Source: Microthyrium microscopicum
Taxonomy: Eukaryota
DNA: 64,000 nt
Assembly: GCA_010405405.1 (NCBI GenBank)
Contig: MU004232.1
Span: 453,481 to 517,480, forward strand
Reading direction: 5' to 3'
A program made the position numbers and the translations under genes. The notes beneath the pieces were generated by a model. That model was given only the letters and a program-made list of their open reading frames with translations. It had not been told where the DNA came from and searched no databases. Positions 39,081 through 53,599 of the stretch are shown one piece after another (within the stretch, counting starts at the first letter, position 1; every line of letters starts with the position of its first letter).

Positions 39081-42000
39081 ATGGGAAAAGTCTCCTTTGT
39101 CGAAGAACCAACCGTACGAGAAATCGAGGATTCCGTCGAGGAGGAATCAAGCGTTTTTCCTTACCAGGAAACGCCAGAAAACAAATCATGGGCTTCAGCG
39201 CTGCCACTCAAGCAGGGTCTTTATGACCCTGAACAGGAAAAAGATGCATGCGGTGTTGGTTTTGCTGCGTAGGTCTACTCGAGTTCTGCTGGACAAATAG
39301 CTGACATTTTCCTAGCCATATCAAGGGCAAAGCTAGCCACAAAATCGTTAGCGATGGTAAGACACCAGGGCCATATTCCCCGTAGTTGGTACAAGGCTAA
39401 TGACTTTCCCTCGCAGCTAAAAGTCTACTTTGCAACATGACCCATCGGGGTGCGGTCGGTTCCGATGCTCGAGATGGCGACGGCGCTGGTGTCATGACCT
39501 CGATCCCACACAAATTCTTCCTCAAGAATTTCGAACGGGAGCAGGGATTCAAGTTGCCAGAACTAGGCCAATATGCAGTGGGAAATGTGTTCTTCAAGCC
39601 CGAGGAGGGTGTGAAGCAAGAAGGCATGAAAACATTTGAAGGAATTGCAAACGAGCTTGATTTGCGCATTCTAGGATGGCGTGAAGTGCCCCGCGATTCT
39701 ACTCTGCTTGGTCCAGCTGCCCTTTCTCGCGAACCCATCATTGTTCAGCCTTTTGTCGTCCAGCGCTCCGCATATGGTGATGGAAATTCACCTAGCGATG
39801 CGTTTGCCGAAAAGTACGAGGCTCAACATTTCGAAAAGCAACTGTACTTTCTTCGAAAGCGCTCTACTCACTCCATTGGCCTTCACAATTGGTTCTACAT
39901 TTGCTCTTTGAGCAACAAGAACATTGTTTACAAGGGTCAATTGGCCCCAGTTCAGGTATATGACTACTATCATGACCTGTTAGCCGTCGATTATGAGGCA
40001 CATTTCGCCCTCGTCCATTCGCGGTTTTCAACCAATACTTTCCCTTCTTGGGATCGTGCCCAACCGCTGCGATGGGCTGCCCATAACGGTGAGATTAACA
40101 CGTTGAGAGGTAACAAGAATTGGATGAGAGCTCGTGAGGGTGTTCTCAAATCAACTACTTTTGGTGATGATCTCGAATCCTTGTATCCAATCATTGAAGA
40201 TGGTGGTTCTGATTCCGCTGCGTTTGACAATGTGCTCGAACTTCTTGTCATCAATGGTGTTCTTTCCCTACCTGAGGCCGTCATGCTCATGGTTCCCGAA
40301 GCCTGGCAAGGAAATCAAGCCATGGACCCAGAGAAAATGGCTTTTTACGAATGGGCAGCTTGTATGATGGAACCTTGGGATGGTCCTGCTCTTTTCACCT
40401 TCGCCGATGGCCGATACTGCGGTGCCAACCTTGACCGAAATGGTCTTCGTCCATGCCGTTACTACGTTACTGATGATGACCGTATCATCTGTGCTTCAGA
40501 AGTCGGTACCATCATCATTGACCCCGAGAGAATCATCCAAAAAGGTCGTCTTCAGCCCGGAAAGATGCTTCTCGTTGATACCGTTGCTGGTCGTATCGTT
40601 GACGATGCAGAGTTGAAACATACTGTGGCATCTCGTCAACCATTCCAGGAATGGGTAGCAAAGCATCTCATAACCATGCCAAAGATTGTGGAAGATCTTA
40701 CCAAACAAGGAGTTGAGCTTGCAGACAAGATCGACGATGTACGGTTGCAACAGGACTCTCGTCTTCGCGCCTTTGGCTACTCTCTCGAGCAAATCAGTCT
40801 TCTGCTTGGACCAATGGCTGCCGATTCAAAGGAGGCTCTGGGATCCATGGGCAATGACGCTCCTCTGGCTTGCCTTTCTGGTCAGCCACGCCTTTTGTAC
40901 GAATACTTCCGACAGCTCTTCGCTCAGGTCACCAATCCTCCTATCGATCCTATCCGAGAGTCTGTGGTCATGTCTCTGGAAGCCTACGTTGGACCTCAGG
41001 GAAATCTTTTGGAGATGGGCGAGACTCAATGTCAACGACTATTACTCCCATCACCTGTCCTATCTCACGAGGAATTCAATGGACTTTTGAACATCACGAA
41101 GCTCCATCCAGACTGGAGAGTCAAGACTATCGATATCACATTCCCCAAGGGCTCAGGCGTACAAGGCTATCTTGACGCTCTCGACAGAATATGCGACCAA
41201 GCTAGCGAAGGCATCACAGAAGACTTCAACATAATCGTTCTCTCTGATCGCGCGACTTCAGCAGACCGCGTACCAATATCGGCTTGTCTAGCAACTGGTA
41301 TGGTCCATCATCACCTTGTCAGAAACAGATGGCGTGCCCAGGCTGCATTGATTGTGGATACTGCCGAGGCCCGTGAAGTCCACCACATGTGCGTGTTGGT
41401 TGGTTATGGCGCTGACGCTGTATGCCCATACCTTGCCATTGACTGCATCGTCAAGATGCACCGCGAAGGTCTTATCCGCAAGAAACTCACCGATGAGCAG
41501 TTGATTGACAACTACAAGCACTCTTGCGATGGCGGTATCCTCAAAGTCATGAGCAAGATGGGTATCTCTACCTTACAGAGCTACAAGGGTGCCCAGATTT
41601 TCGAAGCACTTGGTATCGACGATGTTGTCATTGATCGTTGCTTCACCGGTACAGTCTCGCGTATTCGAGGTATGACTTTTGAGCAGATCGCAGAAGATGC
41701 CCTTGCCATGCACGAAAAGGGCTTCCCATCGCGGCCTATTGTCGAGGTTCCAGGTCTTAGTGAGACTGGCGAGTACCATTGGCGAGATGGCGGTGAAGCT
41801 CACGTCAACGACCCTTCCAGCATTGCCAACATCCAAGATGCCGTTCGCAACAAGAACGACAAGTCCTACGAATCCTACGCACGATCGGAACAATTAGCTA
41901 TCGAAAATTGCACACTTCGTGGTCTTCTTGAGTTCAAGTACGATGACTGTCAACCAATTTCTATCGACCAGGTCGAACCATGGACCGAGATCGTTCGTCG

Positions 42001-45000
42001 TTTTGTTACTGGTGCCATGTCATACGGCTCCATCTCCATGGAGTCTCACTCTACTATCGCTGTCGCCATGAACAGACTTGGAGGCAAATCCAACACTGGA
42101 GAGGGTGGTGAAGATCAAGAGAGAAGCAATCGCATGGAGAACGGAGATACAATGCGATCTGCCATTAAGCAAGTTGCATCAGGTCGATTCGGTGTCACAA
42201 GCGCCTATCTCGCAGATGCCGATGAACTTCAAATCAAGATGGCCCAAGGTGCTAAGCCTGGTGAAGGCGGTGAATTGCCTGGCCACAAGGTTTCCAAGCC
42301 TATTGCAAAGACTCGCCATTCCACACCTGGTGTTGGTCTCATTTCTCCCCCACCACATCACGATATCTACTCCATCGAGGATTTGAAACAATTGATTTAC
42401 GACTTGAAGTGCTCCAACCCACGCGCTCGAGTCTCCGTCAAACTCGTTTCCGAGACTGGTGTGGGTATTGTCGCTTCTGGTGTCGCTAAGGCCAAAGCGG
42501 ATCACATTCTCATTTCTGGCCACGATGGTGGTACTGGTGCTTCTCGATGGACTGGTATCAAATATGCCGGTCTTCCATGGGAACTCGGTCTTGCTGAAAC
42601 ACATCAGACTTTGGTTCTCAATGACCTTCGTGGTCGGGTTATTGTCCAGACCGATGGTCAATTGAGAACTGGTCGCGATGTTGCTATTGCTTGCTTGCTC
42701 GGTGCCGAAGAGTGGGGTTTCGCTACCACCCCATTGATCGCCATGGGATGCATCATGATGCGAAAGTGCCATCTCAATACATGCCCTGTTGGTATTGCTA
42801 CACAAGACCCAGAGCTTCGCGCGAAGTTCAAGGGTACTCCCGAGCACGTCATCAACTTCTTCTACTACATTGCAAACGAACTTCGTGCTATCATGGCTCG
42901 TCTTGGGTTCCGAACAATCAACGAGATGGTTGGTCACTCTGAAGTCTTGCGTGTCCGCGATGACCTCCGCACTGCAAAGACTGAGAACATTGATTTGTCT
43001 CTCATCCTGACCCCAGCTCACACTCTTCGAAGCGGCGTTGCCACATACAATGTACGCAAACAGGATCACAAGCTCCACGTTCGTCTTGACAACAAGCTCA
43101 TCTCAGAGTCTGAGCTTGCTCTTGAGAAGGGTCTACCGACTCGCATCGAGTGCGACATTATCAACACCGACCGTGCATTTGGTGCCACGCTCTCTTACCA
43201 GATCAGCCGAAGATACGGTGAGGCTGGTCTACCCACCGACACCATCCACGCAAACATTCGTGGATCTGCTGGACAATCTTTCGGTGCATACCTTGCTCCT
43301 GGTGTCACTCTCGAACTCGAGGGTGATTCTAACGACTACGTCGGAAAGGGTCTGTCTGGTGGACGTCTCATCGTCTACCCACCCCGAACTGCAGTCTTCA
43401 AGGCTGAAGAAAACATTCTCATTGGTAATGTGTGCTTGTACGGAGCTACTTCTGGTACTGCTTTCTTCCGTGGTGTTGCTGCTGAGCGCTTCGCTGTCCG
43501 CAATTCCGGAGCCACAGCTGTTGTCGAAGGTGTTGGTGATCACGGCTGCGAGTATATGACTGGCGGTCGCATTGTCATTCTTGGTTCAACTGGTCGCAAT
43601 TTTGCTGCCGGTATGTCTGGTGGAATCGCATATATCCTTGACATCAACCGAGACTTTGAGAGCAAGGTCAATACTGAAATGGTGGAGCTTTCTGGCGTCG
43701 AAGATCCTGCTGAGATCTCCTATCTCCGCGGCCTCATTGAGGACCACCATCACTACACTGGATCTGAGCTTGCTGCTCGAATTCTTCTCGACTTTACTCG
43801 AGCTCTTCCACGCTTCGTCAAGGTCTTGCCAACCGACTACAAGCGAGTATTGGAGCAGGAAGCCGCCAAGGCACTTGAAGCCAAGACCACCGAGTATCCC
43901 CTTCCAATCCTCCCAGGTCAAAACGTACGAAACTTGCACGAGGAGCAAATCAAGGCCAAGAATGACAAGGAAGCCAAGCACAAGGAAGGCACTGTCACAG
44001 ATATTGAGGACTCGGTTTCCGATGCCGCGGCAGAGAAGAAGCGATCTGCATTGGTTCTCGACAAGACTCGTGGTTTCATGAAATACCAACGCCGTTCTGA
44101 AAAGTATCGAAACCCAAAGACCCGAACACGAGACTGGCAAGAGCTTTCTACTCGTCTTAATGAGGACGAGTTGAAGTATCAGACTGCTCGTTGCATGGAC
44201 TGTGGTGTGCCATTCTGTCAATCTGATTCTGGTTGCCCCATCAGCAACATCATTCCGAAATGGAATGAATTGGTGTTCCAGAACCAATGGCGCGATGCTC
44301 TCAACCGACTGCTCATGACCAACAATTTCCCCGAGTTCACTGGTCGTGTCTGCCCAGCTCCTTGCGAGGGTGCTTGTGTTCTTGGAATTAACGAGGATCC
44401 AGTCGGTATCAAGTCTATCGAGTGTGCCATTATTGACCGCGGTTTCGACATGGGCTGGATGGTACCAACTCCACCAAAGAACCGATCTGGCAAGAAGGTT
44501 GCTATCGTTGGATCTGGTCCAGCTGGTCTTGCCACTGCCGATCAACTCAACAAGGCTGGCCATCTCTGCACTGTCTACGAGCGTGCTGATCGTATTGGCG
44601 GTCTTCTCATGTACGGCATACCCAACATGAAGCTTGACAAGAACGTTGTGCAACGACGAGTCGACTTCTTGGCCAAGGAGGGTACTACTTTCGTTACCAA
44701 CACTGCCGTTGGTGAAGGAGATATCACTCTCGCTTCTCTACGCAAAGAGTTTGATGCGGTCGTCATCGCAACCGGAGCTACTGTTGCCCGTGATTTGCCA
44801 ATTCCTGGCCGCAGCCTTGAGGGCGTCCACTTTGCCATGGAGTTTTTGCACAAGAACACCAAGTCTCTACTTGACTCCAACCTCGCCGACAACGCCTACA
44901 TCTCCGCCAAGGACAAGCACGTTGTTGTCATTGGTGGTGGAGACACTGGCAACGATTGTATCGGTACTTCAGTCCGTCACGGCGCCAAATCTGTCACCAA

Positions 45001-45667
45001 CTTCGAACTTCTTCCTCAGCCTCCCCCAGAGCGTGCCTCTGACAACCCATGGCCACAATGGCCCCGAATTTACCGTGTCGACTACGGTCACGCCGAGGTC
45101 AAGACTCACATGGGTAAGGATCCTCGCGAGTACTGTGTCATGTCTAAAGACTTTGTCGATGATGGCACTGGCAAGGTCAAAGGTATCAACACTGTTCGTG
45201 TCGAGTGGACCAAGAGTGCCACTGGCGGTTGGGATATGAAGCAAGTTGAGGGCAGCGAAGAATTCTTCCCAGCTGATCTCGTTTGCTTGTCCATGGGTTT
45301 CTTAGGCCCAGACGAGCGCGTTCTTGGAGGAGAAGTTGAGAAGGATGCTCGCAAGAATATCAAGACTCCTCAGGGCAAGTACAACACGAACCTCGAAGGT
45401 GTCTTTGCGGCTGGTGATTGCCGACGTGGTCAATCTTTGATTGTCTGGTAAGTCTACCCAAACCTCATGCAGCTACTACACAAAACTAACTGTTTATCCA
45501 GGGGCATCAATGAAGGCCGCTCAGCCGCTCGCGATGTCGATGCCTACCTCACTGGTCTCGGCGGAACCCAGCTCCCCGTCGCCGGTGGTATCGTCAAGCG
45601 TATGCCATTCGACATGATCGAAAAGCTCAATGCTGGCGCCCAGCACGTCCAACCCGTCGCCGCATAA
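39081..45667 (+). CDS. GLT1: NADH-dependent glutamate synthase (GOGAT)
   Basis: DACGVGF GATase start, HSRFSTNT, FMN domain QGAKPGEGG, CHLNTCPVG 3Fe-4S site, fused beta subunit RCMDCGVPFC and GSGPAG; short introns near 39269, 39357 and 45448. Confidence 0.98.
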
Positions 45668-46661
45668 ATTCCTACGTTCTCCATGTCACGATAGCTGTTA
45701 TGAATTATCCCGAACCTTTCCAGATATCATAGAAAAAGACGACACTGATTGCTCCACCACGAGAACCATCCAGCATTTCCCGGCGACGATTCCCAATATC
45801 CCAATAAAAACGGCTTTTGACGCGAAAAAAAGCGATGCATGAGGTGTGAGAAGTACGATTAAATTTGCAAGGGTGGCTATTTGTTTTTGTTGGTTCATGC
45901 AAAGACTTGATGAATGTTTATGCTTTGATGTTTGTTCGGCGTCTGATGTTCTTTTGCGTTGGCTGGTTATACCATCTTCTGTTTCCTGCTTTTCTTGTAT
46001 GAAGAGGGATGGCGTGGATGTGTAGATTTGTTTAGGTCGTTGAATCAAATTTATAGTAAATTACCTTGGTGTCTTGTCTTGAAATTGGGAATTCGAGAAA
46101 TTACAAGATCTGAGCTGAGGAAGCGAAATCTCCTCCTTCTGGAGTGCCAAAGGGTATGTGATGATATCTCTGAATCTTCATTCTATTCTCATCATTATTC
46201 CTTCATTGTGTAACGTCTCTGAAGTAATGAAATATTCCTCTACAACGCCCTGCTTGCCAAATATTTTCTTGCAGTCCTCGACTCCTCGTGCCACCATCCA
46301 TTGGGTCTGCCCATGGAAGTCGCGACAAATACCACAAAATGCCAAAACTTGGCTCCTCCGCTTTCTCGCTTCTCTATAAAGCTTGTTGCTATATCATCCA
46401 ACGAATCGTGGTGAAATCAGCCATACGCGTAGAAATAGGAGAGTCAAGCCTTCGGGCCGTTCGTTGGCGGTTTTGTACCAACCTGAATTACAGCCACACC
46501 GTCCGTATCCGGAGTGAGGCTTGAAATTATCGTGGAGATGCAGTAAAATCCCTTTTCTAAGAAGTAGTGGTTAAATACAAGTACTCGTGGCTGTCCTCTC
46601 CATGTATCCTCTACTGTAGTTCCATTCATTCATTTGGTTGTTTTTAGGTGTTTCTCTCACT

Positions 46662-48113
46662 ATGAAGTCTTTCGTTATTACCCTTCTGGCCTTGTGTATG
46701 TCTTCCATACATACATCACTCTTTTAACGGACTAGCTAATTGTAATTTCTAGGTGCTGCTGCGTCGCCTGCGACCAGTGCTAATAAGAGATGCGAAGTCT
46801 GGTGCGACAATACTAATAATCCCGGCTCCTGTACATCTCAAGCGAAAAGTGGCCTTGGAGCTTGCTATACTTGTGGTCCTTACAAGACTTTGTCGAGTGA
46901 AAAGTTGTGTGACGGCAAATGCGCAGACACGGCTAGTGACGCGAAAAACTGTGGTTCTTGTGGAAATGGGTGTGGTTCGAAGAAGATATGCAGCGCTGGG
47001 AAGTGTGTCAAGTCGGTGGCATCGGCATTGCCATCGTCAAGTCTCAAAGTGACAAGCTCGAAAGCTGGCTCGAGTTCCAGTGTCAAATCGATTTCGAGTC
47101 CAAAAGCTTCGAGTTCGAAGGCGGTGTCTTCGGTTCCAGCTTCCAGCGTTAAATCAACTTCAAGCGTTAAATCAGCTTCAAGCACAAAACCAGTTTCAAG
47201 TTCGAAATCAACATCGAGCCCGAAGCCGACATCTTCTGCCACAAGCACCTTGAGCGGCTCAACTTCCTCAACATCAACAACATCGTCTTCAACGCAAATA
47301 TGCTCTCCCAGAGGAGTCCCCGGTCGCCAATTCGCACTCCTCGCACAAGGCGGCGTAGGCTACAAATACACTCCTCCAATTGCAGACATTGTCCCACAGG
47401 AACCACTAGAAACACAATCGGCAGTTTTCAACACCGCGCTTTTGGCCTGCGAGGAGCTATGTAAGCGTGAAGATACTTGCCGAACCATCCACATCTCCAA
47501 TACCACATCATCACCATACCTGACCTGCGGTCTAAACGCAGAACCATTCAACAACGCCACTGATTTCACCTATGACAGCACATCCACGGATCCTCAGTAC
47601 TCCTGGGTTTACAATGTTACCAACTGGCTCTCACCCTGGCGCGTAATCGACGATGCTCAATTCGAGACAGGCTGCCTTCCTCCGTGGACCGAGATCCAAC
47701 CTCTAGGTCCATCCGGTCCCGCAGCCATAGTCCAAACTTGCGACAACAGCACTGCCTGCGGACCATACATGGCAAGACTTGCTGCCTCGCAGACAACAAA
47801 TGCCGGCAATGACTTTTCTCTCGGGATTGAGCAGTCTCCCGCTGTCATCGGTGGAGTGGCCTATTATCTCTCAGCTTCCATCAAGGGCACAAGTGGATCA
47901 CTGAAACTCGTCAATACGGCAGACCCTAGCGCGACGCAGGTGTTCACACCTACAGGTAACTGGGAGACGATACAGATGAACTTCACAGGTGTCGTTGGTC
48001 AGTTTATTGAGTTTGTGGCCTTTGATGACACTGCATTCGACTGGTCGATTGGTAATGTCCTGGCCGTCACTCAGGCGGATTATGCTGCTGGAGGCACTTG
48101 TTTTGGCTGCTAA
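46662..48113 (+). CDS. Secreted modular protein: Cys-rich Stig1-like unit, Ser-rich linker, possible PAN/apple-like and carbohydrate-binding-like C-terminal domains
   Basis: MKSFVITLLAL, intron near 46697-46752; D..NCGSCGNGC motif; ACEELCKREDTCRT; C-terminal beta-rich region. Confidence 0.75.
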
Positions 48114-48246
48114 TTGTATTAAATTCTGCATAAACTAATGTTTAAAATACAATCCCATCTTCAAATCTCCCCCGCGCTTTTATTAGTACTTGAAATTGAT
48201 AAGCAGGCTGATCTGATTATATATGCTCGCAATGCTACGCTCCCGC

Positions 48247-49475
48247 TTATTCATCGTCGCCCTCGCTGCTAATCTCGCTGGAAGTAGAATCAGGACCTAT
48301 GAAAACGCGTATGATGCCCATCTGTGCCTCCACTGAACCTCCATGGTTCATTACATTATATTCCTTGGTATTGTAGTATGCCTTAGCATACATCTTGTCC
48401 CCTTTCTCAACTCGTCCGAAAGAAGTACACTGGCCTGGGTCCGAGATATGTTTGCCACCAAATGGGTCGTGATGGGAAGGATCGTCTCGACGAGCCAACG
48501 TCGTGGTTGCGTGTGAGTGACTACTCGCTGGCACAGTCAAGCTACCATATCCAGGTCGCCGGTTATAAAACATTTTTGAAGAACACGCCAGTTTATCGTT
48601 GATATAAAGTTCCACGCGCGTGCCTCCGTCATGCATATGCCCCATGGCCTGAAGTAAAACCCCGGATTCTGGAACAGTGTATTGGAGATTTTTATTATCT
48701 TGTGCGTATGAGCCATTTTGGTAACGTGGTGTGCCAACAGAGTTCCACATGAGATACGAATCTCGGTAGTTCTCTGCTTCTGGGCTGCTCTTGGGTATGT
48801 ATTCGTACGTGACGGCGAGTGATACGTTGACATCTTGTTTGACGGCACTCATATATTCCAGGAGGAAGTTGACATTTGATGGCCAGTCAATGCCGTACTT
48901 GTAGCGGGTATTGAGACGGAGAGTGGGACGTTCGTTGCCTCCAGCCCAAAGAATTTGAGGACCGAGTGGTGTCATTGATGTCATTCTGTCGTAGCTGGAC
49001 ATAACGCAGTGATGCATCCAGATACCATCTGATGTCAGGATTTCGGTTCCGTTGTCGTACCTATAATAGTAGTGTCAGAGAGAATTCAATACAAAGACGT
49101 AGTATTGAAGCATACCTCGAAGTATATTGCATTGCCGTTACAATACAATCCTGCTCTTCGCAAGGTGACTTGGCGGACATTTCGAATTTGCTAAGCGTTT
49201 TCCCTGCCTTCAAATTCCATGGCCCATAGAGGACTTCCTTGCGTTTTGCGCCATCAAGAGGTCTATTCAACAATGAGCATTTTTCTCACATTTGGTATAG
49301 GTAGAACCCACGCCGTCGTCTCTAGTCTCGGTAACACACGATCTCCCTGAGGAGCACTACTCCAGTCAGGTCGCACCACCTGAGCTGGATTTGAGACAGG
49401 ATCAGCATTTAGCGAAGGCCTCGCAGAAGCAGTAGAGCACAAAGTAGCAACGAAAGGAAGTATTAAGGAACGCAT
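48247..49475 (-). CDS. Secreted protein with PHM-like copper-ligand pattern, paralogue A
   Basis: Signal MRSLILPFVATLCSTASA; two introns; WMHHCV, GGNERPTLRLN, MGHMHDGG, QMGI. Confidence 0.8.
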
Positions 49476-50430
49476 CTTGAATGATTGAGTTTGCGAAAAT
49501 CGATGGAACTCCAACACCATTAAGACTTTGATAGCCGTTCAAGCTGTCATGGCATTTAGTCGGGAAAGACCACAGACAATTAAAAACAAATAGGCTAAAA
49601 ACAAACAGGCATGTGCTTCGGTACCTGAACTCCATATTGAAAATGTTCAGATTCCGGTATTTATTCTAATCCTAGCATGCCGGGGCTGTGCCTGAGAGTA
49701 TACTCCACAATTGACCAGGTGCTTAAGAATCCATGGAATGACGTTTATGGTTCGCGAGGCTGTATATAGTATGATCAGCGCAGGAAGTAAGAATATCATA
49801 AGAGAATCCAGGTACGGCCGCTTCCGAGAAGACTGTATAGTAAAGACCAACAATCCTAGGCGACCATCTGTTCTTGGCTTCAACAAGACATGCACTTATG
49901 CATTGAAAGATGGTGATAGTCAAGCCGGAATGACAACTATCCAAGCTTTACTAGATGTTTCAAATGGCCCCTAACGAATGTCCATTATGTTTTCGTGAAC
50001 TAATATGTTTAGCATGTCAAAGACGTAAGCAAAAGAGTAGTATAGGCCCCAATATACTAAGGCTGTATATAAATACAGCCACGGCTGGTCAAAGCCCTCA
50101 ACCTTTGACGGCTCCATCACCTTTTAATATATTGAGGAATATATTTTTCTGAATAGTGCGTTTGCCTTCGCTCCTCGGTCCAATAGATGCGGGAATAAAA
50201 ACAGGTTTGAGCAAGAAAAGTTTGCGCTTGTAGTCTCTCTAAGCACCTGAAAGGCAATACTCGCGTGCCTTGCGAGTGGTTCCACGGAGTAAGAAGCGTC
50301 CAGGGGGGTTCCTTTGCCGTCTATTCTACGCATCTTACACTTTCGGAAGACTCGGTCGCTAATATTCTTGAAATGCTTAAACATGAAGTGGACAGTCAGT
50401 GCGGGCTGAATTAAGTCTCTAAATCCGAGG

Positions 50431-53400
50431 GGGGGATTCTAAACGACCCCTTCTTCCAGCTAATCTCCCCCTAACTTCCAGCTATTCTCCCCCTAGTAGA
50501 TCCGAAGCCGAAGGAGCTATTCCTAAATAGGAAGTCCGTAATAAATTCATAGTGTTATAGTGGTACTAAAGCATAATTTTGGTGTCCAAAGATCTAATAT
50601 TTTATCAACTAAAGCACTAAAACTACACCAGCAGCTATAAAGCTACAATCCCAAGAATTCTACAATTTTAGGCGTAAAACCACAAGATCTATAGAATCCC
50701 AACTATACAACATCTCTTCACCGTTTTTAAAGCATAAAACAATCATTCCGCAACGTATCTCAACCCCATTTTTAGTATAGCAATAAATCAAGTATCCCAC
50801 ATTCTATCCTAACCCCCGTTTTAGCGTAATAATGCTACAATTACTTACCACGAGCTCGTCCTCCTCGTCCTCTACGAGATCCACGCCCTCCGCACCCTCC
50901 GCGTTGTAGTATTAGTCAAGCTAAAGCAGCCTAAAGAGCTATAATTTGGCGGCGTAATTCTGCTATCTCAAGATCTTTATCGGCCATAATATTCTCACAG
51001 ACGCGCACTAAAGGTTTAATAACGCGCTTCTTACGCTGTAGAGCTTCAGCCTAATCAGTATCTTCAGCCTAATCAGTGTCTTCAGCCTAATCAGTATCTT
51101 CAGCTAAGTCAACAGTCTAAACAGGATCTAGTAGAGCTTCAAGAATCGCGTCAATATCCTCAAAATCCTCATTATCTCCCTCCTCAATTATCGCGAGCGC
51201 TAATGAAGATGCTACAGCCAAATTTGTAGTATTCGATGCCGCTAAAGTCGCATTCTTACGAGGACGTCCTCATTTACATTTTAGAGGACCTATTAAAAAT
51301 ACTAGTATAGTTAAAGCTACTAAAGCAGGAGAAATCTCCCAATATGAGAGATCTCGACGAGTTGAAGTTACATTAACATCAGCTCAAGGACGTCCACTAC
51401 TACGAACAACCACAGGAGGAAGAATTCGAGCTTAAACTAGTGGTATAAGTACTAGAAGGAAGCCAGTAATTAGCTACGCGCCATTATAAGCGTTATTAAG
51501 AGGTCGTTCATAGTACTAATATGAATCAACGTCTTCTCTACCCACTATCCACTACGATATAAACGCTAATCGCGCTCAAATAGTATAAGAACAAGATAAT
51601 CCATAAACAGCTTCAAAGAAGCCAGTACAGCGCAAAGTATTTAGCATCATATCTTTTGCTTTGTAGAATTGCTTTACAATCTCCAAAATAGCATAATTAG
51701 CAACAGCTTCGTGAAGTCGCGGAGGAAGGATTAGAACCAATAAAGTACTAGTATTTAATCACACTCGAATTGAATCTAAACCGATAGCTTTGCAAATACG
51801 ATTAAGAGAGGTATAGGTAGCGTTCTTGCAATATACTACCACTTAATCAAGATCTAGCTTTAAAGAACTAAGCCATTGTTTAATAAAGCTATAGAGACCT
51901 TCTAAAGGTAATTATAAGACAGCAGTAAAGTAGCAAGCACGCTTAATAAAGGCCTTACAAAGTTCTTCCTTATGGTTAAGCCAATTATTACGAAGATAGG
52001 ATATAAAATCCTTATATTCTTTAAACTATTCTATAAGTGCAGTCCACACAATCTCGTAGTCTTCAACGGTAGTAGCTTCAACGACATTCTGCCACATCAA
52101 CATAGCAAGCTTTTGCTATTTATCTACATTATTAAATACTTCAGATCCAAAGGGCATATTAACAGTACTAAATATCGCCTTAATATAGAATTCAACAGCC
52201 TTATTAACATAGAAGAGGCAAAGAATCTAAGGGACATCTAGAAAGCGCTCGCTAACAGCGTTCTTCAACGCCGCACATTTGTCTATAACGATAACATTTA
52301 GCATCTTCAAGTTATTAAATCGAACACAATCGTTAAAGGCTTTCAAAGCGTTAGAATACTACCATTACTTCTCACCAATCATAAACATAAACGCCGCAGA
52401 GAAGTAGTAGTTTATTAGTGTTTTGCCAGCAATATAAAGCAACAGCATATTATAACGATTAGTGTAGTAAGTGCAGTCCAAAAGCAAGATATCTAGATAC
52501 GATCAAAACATTATAATCTGCTCCATAGTAGTAAAGAATAGCATTTCAAGATTATTATCGTTGTCCGTAAGAACCTCAACATTCCAGGTGTCAAGATTAG
52601 CAAGGAAGGAGTCTAACATAGCTTAAAGAGAAGTACGACCGTTTAGACGCAATAATCGTTCCTTTTGAAGCAAGTTAGTAATGTCTTTTAAGACTAAATT
52701 ATTAGCTAGATCCTTCATAGCGAGGGTGCCCATAATACGTCGAACAGCAATGCCACTAGACGACATATCTTGAGCTTGTTGAGCAATATTCTTATCCTTC
52801 ATCTCTTAACAGCAATGAACAGGATGTACGGCAGCATGTCAAGAGCCAGAATAGTTATAATCTTTATCTTTAAAATACATATGCCATCGCTCAGTAGTAT
52901 CATCCTTTTTAAGCTTCAATTTCCATAGACAACCAACGCGTTTAGTTAAGGAATTCCACGCGCCAGTAGATATTAAGATATTAAAGCGGCTACAATCACA
53001 GGCAAGGTAGTAGGTGTGTTTAATCGCGTCTTTAGGGTCAGGCTTCAAGCGCTCAGTAATAACGGCGTAACCATACAAAATGCTATAATTATTAATTACA
53101 AAAATTGCTTCTTCAGCTATTGCGTACGTATTATCTGGTAAGTCTAGTAGTAGAGCCATTATTTAGTATAGATACAGCGGTATTGTGGAATTTATGTAGT
53201 AGAATTTATGTATTAGTAGAGAGTTATTTTAGTAAATATTAAAGACTTAGAAGATTTAAAAGACTCGAGGGGTAGATTACGCGGGACTTAACGCTAGTAA
53301 TGCAATATAACGAAATTATTATAGAACTAAACTAAATATAGCTAAAGTAAACGCCACTACCGAGCCCTAACCCGACATCCTTCGGCTTCGGATCTACTAG

Positions 53401-53462
53401 GGGGAGAATAGCTAGAAGTTAGGGGGGGATTAGCTGGAAGAAGGGGTCGTTTAGAATCCCCC
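50431..53462 (-). mobile_element. Mutator-like (MULE) DNA transposon, RIP-inactivated
   Basis: About 85-bp TIRs (GGGGGATTCTAAACGACCCC...), 9-bp TSD AATCCGAGG at 50422-50430 and 53463-53471; minus-strand remnants LLLDCTYYTNRYNMLLL and YYLACD broken by TAA/TAG stops; TpA-rich. Confidence 0.93.
51044..51104. repeat. 18-bp tandem repeat inside the MULE
   Basis: CTTCAGCCTAATCAGT(A/G)T about 3.4 times (51044, 51062, 51080, 51098). Confidence 0.9.
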
Positions 53463-53599
53463 AATCCGAGGAGACCTAAAGAGGTGATATTTACTACGAA
53501 AGGAAGCGGTGTTGAATTCAATTTTGTCTTGTCCACTCGTTCTCGTTCTCGTTCTTTGTCGTGTCTTTGAGTCGCTAGAATCATAATTGGGGCGCAACA

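Noticed and set aside
42179..44653. Long antisense ORFs (299 and 355 aa) within GLT1
   Set aside because: Expected from codon bias of a highly expressed gene; no independent coding signal.
51044..51104. Short tandem repeat considered as CRISPR-like
   Set aside because: No unique spacers, eukaryotic context, and it lies in the former transposase frame.
51972..53584. ORFs 51972..52241, 52839..53159 and 53357..53584 as independent genes
   Set aside because: They lie within or across the RIP-mutated MULE; 52839..53159 is a transposase N-terminal remnant.
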